Positions 1 to 6,669 of a stretch of DNA of 32,000 nt are shown in pieces. This stretch comes from Cereibacter sphaeroides 2.4.1 (lineage in GTDB: Bacteria; Pseudomonadota; Alphaproteobacteria; Rhodobacterales; Rhodobacteraceae): positions 750,001 through 782,000 of the forward strand of contig NC_007494.2 of assembly GCF_000012905.2 (NCBI RefSeq). Direction: 5' to 3'. The notes beneath the pieces were generated by a model. The model worked only from the letters and a program-made list of their open reading frames with translations. It was not told the DNA's origin and did no database searches. Each line of letters opens with the position of its first letter. The stretch's first letter is position 1. Made by a program: the position numbers and the translations under genes.

Positions 1-1
1 G

Positions 2-226
2 CGCTGCAGTTTAGTATTTGCTGTCCCGCTGAACCGCGATCCAGGAACGCTTGTTGAAATTGGCCTTGCCATTGCGGCTGGCACGCCGGTCGTTACCTAC
101 GATCCGCGGCAAGAGAACAATAATACGATGGTGATCTGCGGCAGCGACGCCTACTCAGATGACTTGGACCAGTGCTTGAACTCGACGTTCGAACTTCTCG
201 CCAAACTGCGGGAGCAAGCGAAATGA
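2..226 (+). CDS. Nucleoside 2-deoxyribosyltransferase-like (NDT/DNPH1 fold) protein; only the C-terminal 74 codons are in the window
   Basis: Frame 2 is open from the window edge to TGA 224-226, and it is missing from the ORF track because it runs off the edge. The translation ...VFAVPLNRDPGTLVEIGLAIAAGTPVVTYDPRQENNNTMVICG... carries the D-x-G-T-x-x-E-x-G-x-A motif with the conserved Glu typical of this fold. Its stop overlaps the next start (ATGA at 223-226). Confidence 0.55.
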   Translation, partial: RCSLVFAVPLNRDPGTLVEIGLAIAAGTPVVTYDPRQENNNTMVICGSDAYSDDLDQCLNSTFELLAKLREQAK

Positions 227-846
227 GCTTCGCGCTATTAATGGCATCTGGCGGGTTGGACTCGACAACAGTTGCATACTGGCTCACCGAAAGGGGGGTA
301 CAATTTATTCCGGTCTTCTTCGACTACGGGCAGCACTGCGTGGAGACCGAGTGGGAAACACTTAAGGAGGTACTGCCAGCATCGGCTGCACATCCAGAAA
401 GAAATGATATCTCCGACCTTTTTAGGGGATCGAAGTCAAGGTTGATAACAGAGGCTGACCTTTGGAATGAAGAGGTGAAGGATGAAGATCTTTACGTGCC
501 TTACCGAACTCTTCTATTCTATTCTGCAGCTGCGGCACGTGCCCAGACACTGGGAGCGTTTGAGGTTTACACCGGCTTTATCAACAGCAACCGCGCTAAG
601 GAGATCGACTGTACGGCCGAGTTCATGAACAAGCTCGACGCGCTTACTGACTCGGTTGGTCCAGTCCGGTTCTTGTCACCGTTTCGCTTCTGGTCCAAGT
701 CAGAAGTCGCAAAGGAATCTATTCGACTGGGAGTTCCAATTGGGCGCACCTTCTCCTGCCAAGCTGCGAGCCTGATGCCTTGTGGCGCTTGCCCTAACTG
801 CGTCGAACGTCTAGCAGCGCTTCGAGAAACAGGGTTACTGGCATGA
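223..846 (+). CDS. QueC-like PP-loop ATPase (7-cyano-7-deazaguanine synthase family)
   Basis: I place the start at ATG 223 (MSFALLMASGGLDSTT...) with GGGAG 9 nt upstream, not at the GTG 172 used by the track. The protein has the SGGLDST PP-loop, FDYGQ and YVPYRTLLF (QueC VPxRN region). A C-terminal Cys cluster SCQAASLMPCGACPNCVER (C-x7-C-x2-C-x2-C) matches the QueC zinc site pattern. Confidence 0.85.
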   Translation: MSFALLMASGGLDSTTVAYWLTERGVQFIPVFFDYGQHCVETEWETLKEVLPASAAHPERNDISDLFRGSKSRLITEADLWNEEVKDEDLYVPYRTLLFYSAAAARAQTLGAFEVYTGFINSNRAKEIDCTAEFMNKLDALTDSVGPVRFLSPFRFWSKSEVAKESIRLGVPIGRTFSCQAASLMPCGACPNCVERLAALRETGLLA

Positions 847-1508
847 GCTCGATGGCTATAGACAACGACGCGGTGGAAATTCTCATTGCTGCACGGCGGG
901 TTGCAAACTTTGCGTGTCTCCAGGGCGTCCCTGCCGATTCGCGCCACCCTCGCGCGTGTTATCAGCACATGGGTGCGATCCTCGTCGACACAACGTTACA
1001 GGCTGGGCTGAATTACGCAAATGTGGTGCGGCCCAGAGTTACGCGTGCACTTGCGCTGTTTCCAGAAGCGACGACGATTGGCGCCCTCATAGAGATTGTT
1101 GAATCTGGCAAGAGCGCAGCGATTTTAAACTGGCAGCATCCGTTAAAGATATCAAGATTCGAGAGGATTGTAAATTTCTTACATCGCAACGATGTTCGAG
1201 ACTCGAAGGAACTTCGAAGAAGGCTTTCGAATAAAGATTTTTGTGCTTTACTTCAAGATATCCACGGAGTGGGGCCAAAAACGGTGGACTACATGGCGTG
1301 CTTGGTTGGCGTTGAGTCTATTGCGGTAGATCGACACATAAGAAGCTTTGCCCAAGAAGTTGGCATACTGGATAAAGACTATTCCTTCCTGAAACATGTG
1401 TTTTGTGCAGCCGCGGATCTACTCGCTATATCGAGACGAGAATTCGATGCATGGGTTTGGCGTCACGAAGTTGAGCGCAAGTCACCACAAATGGCCTTTT
1501 CGTTCTAG
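843..1508 (+). CDS. HhH-GPD superfamily DNA glycosylase-like protein (EndoIII/OGG-like, no Fe-S cluster motif)
   Basis: ATG 843 overlaps the QueC-like stop (ATGA). The helix-hairpin-helix LLQDIHGVGPKTVDYMACLVGVESIAVDRHIRSFA has a Lys in GVGPKT and an Asp 17 residues later. This mirrors the EndoIII-type GVGRKTA...VDTH catalytic pair. There is no C-terminal 4-Cys cluster. Confidence 0.65.
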   Translation: MSSMAIDNDAVEILIAARRVANFACLQGVPADSRHPRACYQHMGAILVDTTLQAGLNYANVVRPRVTRALALFPEATTIGALIEIVESGKSAAILNWQHPLKISRFERIVNFLHRNDVRDSKELRRRLSNKDFCALLQDIHGVGPKTVDYMACLVGVESIAVDRHIRSFAQEVGILDKDYSFLKHVFCAAADLLAISRREFDAWVWRHEVERKSPQMAFSF

Positions 1509-1725
1509 AGCTGGAGCTGACCTGTTTCATTCCGATCTGCTGTTGTTTTTCCTTATCTAGATCAGACGCACGTGAATGTTCGCGGAAGGCAGCGACTAGC
1601 ACCCGATACGAGCTTAAGAATTGGCCGTTTTGCCGACATCCTGACCAAGCTCAGCATTTTGCTCGAAGGTTCGCCCCGATACGTCTTCAAGGAAGGTTCA
1701 GCTTTCGCCCAATAGCGATGGTAGA

Positions 1726-1742
1726 GGAGCGAGCTTCGCTCC
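1726..1742. terminator. Short GC stem-loop in the convergent spacer, a possible terminator for the minus-strand operon
   Basis: GGAGCGA-GCT-TCGCTCC forms a 7-bp stem with a 3-nt loop, 26 nt past the dGTPase-like stop. No U-tract follows. Confidence 0.25.
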
Positions 1743-1767
1743 CCCGCAGATCTTACTTCTTGATCTG

Positions 1768-3189
1768 CTAGATGGGCTTAAACATGCTTTCCGCGACATC
1801 TGACTTGAGCCGAGCCCAGAACTCTACGGCATACCTATCCGTCATTCCTGCGACAAAGTCGCAAATGTGACGCGCCTGCAAATCCTTATCCCCACCGGCC
1901 TCCTGAACCCGCTTGCGCACGTCGTCGGGCATAAGCAGATGTCCGCTCTTCTTTTCCAGCGCCTCGAATATTTCCCCCACCAACTCGGTACCACGGTACT
2001 CGCCGAGCTTAACCCGGTTCGAGTAGATAGTTGACAGGAAAGTATATTGCTTCAGGATTTCCACTTTAATGCGCGTCTTCTTATCTAGCGCAGCTCGTGA
2101 GAGAGCAGGAAACTCTTCGTTTATTTCTAGTTCAACAGCGTTCATGAATTCGTGAACCAGTTCGGACGATAGCTTCATCCTCCTCCCTGCGTCCATGTTC
2201 ACCGCACGAGACGCCTTCATCGCGTTGATAAAACTTGAAAGATCCTTATTCCGTCGTTCGAACGGAAAGTCTTGCTCTCTGCTTTCGTCCACAGCAAAGA
2301 TGTCCCCGAAAAGAGCAACCAAGGTCGCCAAGACTTCTTGTGCGGTGATCTTCTCGCTGCAATCTTCCGCCAGCTGCTCAGTTGCCTTTTCCGCAACCCT
2401 CTTCAGCAAATCATCATCTGTAGCCAGAATTGAGGCAGGCGTTAGGAAACCTGCTTTAAGACTGTCTTCAAGATCGTAAACAGAATAAGCGATGTCGTCT
2501 GCAATATCCATTATTGCACATTCAACGGTCTTAAACTTGACGCCAGCCGGAAGGGCTTTCCCTCCCAAAACTCTTCTTTTTATCTCTGCGACAATCTTAG
2601 CTTCGGAGGCGTAGTACCCTTTTTGCGGACCATCACTACCGAAGCGTTCTTTATCTATCTCGTTGTCGTATTTCAGCACGGCAGCGAGTGTCCGAAAACA
2701 CAAGTTCATCCCGGCGCGCTCGTCGCCATCTACAGGCGCTTTGTACTTCGCCTTCTTTTCCAAGCGGCTTAAGATACGCAGCGTCTGAGCGTTCCCCTCG
2801 AATCCGCCGCGCATCTCCATCTTAGTGTTGAGTGCGCGCTCACCATTGTGGCCGAATGGGGGATGTCCGATGTCGTGGACAAGACCTGCCGCTGCGCAGA
2901 GTCGGCTGTCGATCCGCCGACCTCCCAGTTTTTCCGCATATACATAGTTCAAACGGTCTGCGATGCCTTCGGCGATTTGTGAGACCTCAAGTGAATGCGT
3001 CAGACGGTTTCTAAAGAAGTCGGACTCGTGTCCCGGAAATACCTGCGTTTTACCTTGCAGCCTTCTGAAGCTAGCGCTGTGGATGATCCTACCGAAATCC
3101 CTGACAACGGGCGGTCTCCAAGGGTCAGATGCCGAGTCCTCGCCGTTCTGGCGTAGCCAATCGTCAGATGTGTACATGTTCAACATCAT
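1768..3189 (-). CDS. dGTP triphosphohydrolase-like HD-domain phosphohydrolase (Dgt/SAMHD1-type dNTPase)
   Basis: The ORF has 473 codons. It contains RDFGRIIHSASFRRLQGKTQVF, the HD motifs RNRLTHSLEVSQIA and GLVHDIGHPPFGH, and the C-terminal ICDFVAGMTDRYA, all hallmarks of the dGTPase family. Confidence 0.9.
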   Translation of the reverse strand: MMLNMYTSDDWLRQNGEDSASDPWRPPVVRDFGRIIHSASFRRLQGKTQVFPGHESDFFRNRLTHSLEVSQIAEGIADRLNYVYAEKLGGRRIDSRLCAAAGLVHDIGHPPFGHNGERALNTKMEMRGGFEGNAQTLRILSRLEKKAKYKAPVDGDERAGMNLCFRTLAAVLKYDNEIDKERFGSDGPQKGYYASEAKIVAEIKRRVLGGKALPAGVKFKTVECAIMDIADDIAYSVYDLEDSLKAGFLTPASILATDDDLLKRVAEKATEQLAEDCSEKITAQEVLATLVALFGDIFAVDESREQDFPFERRNKDLSSFINAMKASRAVNMDAGRRMKLSSELVHEFMNAVELEINEEFPALSRAALDKKTRIKVEILKQYTFLSTIYSNRVKLGEYRGTELVGEIFEALEKKSGHLLMPDDVRKRVQEAGGDKDLQARHICDFVAGMTDRYAVEFWARLKSDVAESMFKPI

Positions 3190-3207
3190 TACTGCTACCG
3201 CAAATGC

Positions 3208-3369
3208 TCACGCTCGGGCCGAGCTGTTCAGCGCGCGCTCTTGCTGAAGTGCCGCTTTTCTTTCTTCTTGCTCACGCTTCATTTGCAGGCCCAGCCGTAC
3301 GGCTTCACGAAGGCTTTCCTGCCTCGCTTCTGCAGCTTCGCGAGCTTCTACTATCGCTTGATATGCCAT
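3208..3369 (-). CDS. 53-aa highly charged, predicted all-helical peptide of unknown function
   Basis: I place the start at ATG 3369 (MAYQAIVEAREAAEARQESLREAVRLGLQMKREQEERKAALQQ...), preceded by GAGGAGGA at good spacing. It sits 83 nt after the upstream gene and 18 nt before the dGTPase-like ATG. I recognise no family. Confidence 0.45.
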   Translation of the reverse strand: MAYQAIVEAREAAEARQESLREAVRLGLQMKREQEERKAALQQERALNSSARA

Positions 3370-3452
3370 GCTTGTCCTCCTCTGGCCATATTTCATGATA
3401 AGGAGCGATCCATCGTCCTACTCCCTGCTTTAGAATGCCCCGGCGTCAACTG

Positions 3453-4856
3453 CTAACGAGGACGCACGCGCGCAGGCACCCCAGCCTTTCGCAAAACATC
3501 GGCTAAATGGCTGGTTAGGCCCACCTTGCGATCCAGCATGATACCGGTTTGCGGCTTCAAGTCGCGGGCCAAAGACCTAAGCACCTCCAGCCCTTGAGAG
3601 ACATCGAAATCAAGCCACTCGTCTGCATCACCTGGCACAATGATGTCACCGTCGGACGTACTAGATCCGCGATGAAGTTGGACGATCCATAGCTCTGAGC
3701 CATCAAAGACCCATTCGAACCGACAAGCACCAAGCGCACAAGCGAGCCGGCCGTGTAGATCATTTACCTTTGCTAAGATCTCATCGGGAATTGGCTCGGG
3801 ATCCGCAAGCCCAACCATGAGGCGCTCTCCGGTTCCTTGGATCCCTTCTACAACGAGGCTCCCGCTCGACGTCTCTATAGCCGCGCCCGACCACTGCGCC
3901 GCAACACCCTGCTGCGATAGCACCGAGGAGATTGCGGTACCGTCAGGATCCTCGCGTTGGAGCAAGGCAAAAGGATCTCGCCACCCGCGCGCGGTGGTGA
4001 ACTTCCCGGGCACTTGCTCTCGCGGGCTTGTTCTTATCCACACTTCTGCAAGATCCGTAGATCGGCCAAAGGAGAAGGGCGCGATGCGTCGACCTATCAC
4101 CGTTGTCCTAGGAACTGGAAAGCCTTTAATCTCCGCAACCAGAAGTCCGTACACCTTGTCGCCGATCATTCGGCTAAAATCATTGGGCCACTCGATCTTC
4201 ACCAAGTCCCTTGGTAACGAATCCTCAGATAGTTCCCAGAAGATTACGTTGTCCATCTTCCAGCCTCGTGGTCTCGGATGTAGACTGAATTCAAGACGCC
4301 CATTCTGCCCATGTGAGAAGTCGGCCTCCACTCCATAGACGATTTTGAAAAGCTGTATAGCCATTGAGGTTGGGAGCCGGGCGAACCCTGGCTGCTCCAC
4401 ACCGCGCGGCGTCATGTCAGGGCGAAACTCCACTATGTCGCCGATCACCACGCCAGAAACGCCACCATCCGAAACATCAATCGTTTCGTTCACAATCGTG
4501 AACGCGCCCTCCTTGGCCATGCGCTCAACAGCAGCGACCGCTGCAGCCGCGTTGTCAATGCCGTAGATAAAGTCGCGGCTTTGGCTTTGGTGAGCATTAA
4601 AGCTACGAATGTTCACCGTCCTTTCGGAGCTTCGCTCGAAAAGAGCCTGTATGGCATCAGCAACAGATTCGAAGCGATGATTAGGTTCAATGCCAGAAAT
4701 TCGGCAAAACTGCAGCAAAGGACCTTCGACTGCCGGCGCGAAGCTCACAAACTGCGCCACATTGCAGGTTGCGGCCAAGCGATCCAACGTCTCATCTTTT
4801 CTGAAGACTGCCCCTTCAGGTTGATCAGAACTAGTTTGCCCAGCACCCAACTTCAT
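3453..4856 (-). CDS. PEP-utilising-enzyme-type phosphotransferase-like protein (PPDK_N-type ATP-grasp plus a C-terminal phosphohistidine swivel motif)
   Basis: ATG 4856 follows AAGGA. Residues ~230-400 follow the PPDK_N / PEP synthase / rifampicin phosphotransferase ATP-grasp pattern: GDKVYGLLVAEIKGFPVP, WIRTSPREQVPGKFTT, VLSQQGVAAQWSGAAI, EGIQGTGERLMVGLADPE, RFEWVFDGSELWIVQLH. Residues ~437-465, GIMLDRKVGLTSHLADVLRKAGVPARV, match the swivel-domain GG-x-TSH-x-A-x-x-x-R-x-x-G-x-P motif, with the His at codon 450 (nt 3507-3509). Confidence 0.7.
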   Translation of the reverse strand: MKLGAGQTSSDQPEGAVFRKDETLDRLAATCNVAQFVSFAPAVEGPLLQFCRISGIEPNHRFESVADAIQALFERSSERTVNIRSFNAHQSQSRDFIYGIDNAAAAVAAVERMAKEGAFTIVNETIDVSDGGVSGVVIGDIVEFRPDMTPRGVEQPGFARLPTSMAIQLFKIVYGVEADFSHGQNGRLEFSLHPRPRGWKMDNVIFWELSEDSLPRDLVKIEWPNDFSRMIGDKVYGLLVAEIKGFPVPRTTVIGRRIAPFSFGRSTDLAEVWIRTSPREQVPGKFTTARGWRDPFALLQREDPDGTAISSVLSQQGVAAQWSGAAIETSSGSLVVEGIQGTGERLMVGLADPEPIPDEILAKVNDLHGRLACALGACRFEWVFDGSELWIVQLHRGSSTSDGDIIVPGDADEWLDFDVSQGLEVLRSLARDLKPQTGIMLDRKVGLTSHLADVLRKAGVPARVRPR

Positions 4857-4907
4857 TTTCCTTCGGCTCTACAGCGCTCCGACGCACCATACGTGAGCGA
4901 GGTGTGC

Positions 4908-4922
4908 ATCCTCTCCGAGGAT
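4908..4922. promoter_or_regulatory. Inverted repeat upstream of the phosphotransferase-like gene, a possible operator
   Basis: ATCCTC-TCC-GAGGAT has perfect 6-bp arms and lies 52-66 nt upstream of ATG 4856 in the AT-richer leader. Confidence 0.2.
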
Positions 4923-5279
4923 TTCGCAACTTCCAAATGACCTTAACTCGAACCGGCGTAGTCAGGCCAACATAGACCTTTGAGCAGCCTGCACTTGGGG
5001 GCATCCAGCAGCTTCGCCAGGCACGGCGATCGCTTCCTTGAACATCCACGCGCGCGGCCCGTGAAAAAATTCCCGTGTTTTCTCTTATGGTTGCGGATCT
5101 TTCTCCGGTAGGCGGCATGAGGGACGGACTCGCGCAGCTGCTCATGTTCGCTGCTCAACTACACTAAGAGGAGACGCGCTCGTCACAGTGGCTCTGGCAT
5201 CCGTCCCGTCGTTGTATATGGGTCGTTCATCAGTGCAGGCCGGCTGTGGCCCTCGGTCCCGCAAGACAGGCATAGCAGC

Positions 5280-5858
5280 TTATAGCGGGCTCGGACCCTC
5301 AACGCCTCGGCGCGAGGGCCGTTCTGAACAGAACGACTGCATGTCTGAGCTGCCCGGACGTGCAGCCAAGAACATCCTGACCTCCCTCGCGCTCCGAAGC
5401 CGAATGATGGCCTTATCGCTGGGCGCACCAGCCACCAGCCGCTCGATCTGAGCCCGGCTGGTGATCCTCGTGTTCCAGATCCAGCGGTAGAAGGACCAGT
5501 CGAATTGCTCGAGGCAGCCGTCCGGTAGATCGGGACGCGTGCGCCCTCGATACTGAAGCGAGCGCAGGAACACGCGCCAGAGCCGGACATGGATCGGCAC
5601 ATCCAGCCAGATCAGCGTGTCGCAGCGTGCCAGCCGCTCCGGCCATGTCGCGGAGTGTCCGCCCTCGAAGATCCACTCCTTGCGCGCGTGAACTTCCTGG
5701 CACAGGCGGGTCTTCTCCTCGCGCGACCGCTCGACCCATCCGGTCGACCAGTGGATATGGTCGATGTGAACCACCGGCAGCCCAGTGCGCCTGCCGATCT
5801 CCCGGGCCAAGGTGGATTTGCCCGAGCCGGGCTGTCCGACGATCATGACTCGTTTCAT
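5280..5858 (-). CDS. P-loop kinase-fold protein, FlaR / DNA topology modulation protein-like (adenylate-kinase-related)
   Basis: I place the start at ATG 5858 (MKRVMIVGQPGSGKSTLAREIG...) with AGGAGG upstream. The Walker A motif and the collinear pattern ...WIFEGGHS...LIWLDVP...RTRPDLPDGC...FYRWIWN... resemble FlaR-type proteins as I recall them. The last ~28 codons look like a non-native tail. Confidence 0.75.
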   Translation of the reverse strand: MKRVMIVGQPGSGKSTLAREIGRRTGLPVVHIDHIHWSTGWVERSREEKTRLCQEVHARKEWIFEGGHSATWPERLARCDTLIWLDVPIHVRLWRVFLRSLQYRGRTRPDLPDGCLEQFDWSFYRWIWNTRITSRAQIERLVAGAPSDKAIIRLRSAREVRMFLAARPGSSDMQSFCSERPSRRGVEGPSPL

Positions 5859-6217
5859 GAGGGCCTCCTGCCAGTTCGCGAAAGCCCACCAGCGTAGCAT
5901 CGGAAGCTCCGTGCCTCAACCGCCTGTGCCTTGGCGGCGGCGGTGACCGGAGGAAGTCCCCTGCCCTGCCCACTCAGCATGGTCACTGCGGGGCCGCCTC
6001 GGCGAACTCGGGCAGACCAGGGCATCGTCTCGGCCGAGGGTGCCGGCCGGCGCAACGATTCCCGCTCCATGCGAAATCCATCGCCACGCCGGGCGGAAGG
6101 CCGCGTGCCCCCGCCGAGAGGCGCGGGACGGGACTCGAGCGGCCCGATTAGGGTCGGGATCGGTGATGGTCTACGCCTGCCGGGATCGCGCATGGCGTAG
6201 CTCCGAGCCTTGCAGCT

Positions 6218-6451
6218 TTAGAACCAGACTTGCCAGAATTTCCGGCGAGTCCGAAACGGAGGGCGCCCGCCCTGCAGCGCAAGGAACTCGCGCCAGCCCA
6301 GCCCTGAGCGCCACTTCCGGGTGGCGAGCGAGAGGGGCACATGGCGCACCGGCAGGCTGTTGATATTGTCCACGACTGTCGGCCCGGGAAAGCCAAAGAC
6401 GAGGCCTCGGCGCTGAAGAGGCGATGGGCTGGGTGGCCGGCGGTTGCTCAT
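6218..6451 (-). CDS. Hypothetical 77-aa protein
   Basis: The ATG follows GGAAGGA at 7-nt spacing and third positions are GC-rich. I recognise no family, and it lies in a region crowded with overlapping shadow ORFs. Confidence 0.3.
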   Translation of the reverse strand: MSNRRPPSPSPLQRRGLVFGFPGPTVVDNINSLPVRHVPLSLATRKWRSGLGWREFLALQGGRPPFRTRRKFWQVWF

Positions 6452-6669
6452 GGTCGTGTCCTTCCTGCCAGTTGATGATCATGAAGGCCCGACTTCCAGA
6501 GGCATCCAGATCGCCGCATCAGGGAGTCAGAGAGAACGCCCGGAAAGAGGATATCCGGGGTCAGGAGCATCATGTAGCGCGGCGGGACAGGATTGCGAGG
6601 TGCATCTTCCGATGGCAGGACGCCCCCTTGAGGGGCCGGACGGCAAGGCCTCCGGGCACCTCGGACGGG

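Larger units (their letters stand above)
1..5160. other. Low-GC genomic island, probably horizontally acquired and nucleotide-centred; left edge lies outside the window
   Basis: By-eye counts give ~38-52% GC per 60-nt line here, against ~65-72% from ~5200 onward. Codon third positions are not GC-biased here but are strongly GC-biased elsewhere. The transition lies between the ATG at 4856 and ~5200. Confidence 0.6.

Noticed and set aside
223-1508. A canonical QatABCD system or housekeeping queuosine operon
   Set aside because: No Qat-type ATPase, QatB or TatD-like nuclease is present, and there are no queD/queE/queF/tgt genes in the window. The partners here (NDT-fold and HhH-GPD proteins) differ from both.
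4943-5158. A 71-codon TTG-initiated ORF at the island border
   Set aside because: It has no RBS, a TTG start and no recognisable family, and it lies in a compositional transition zone. It is more likely non-coding leader or junk.
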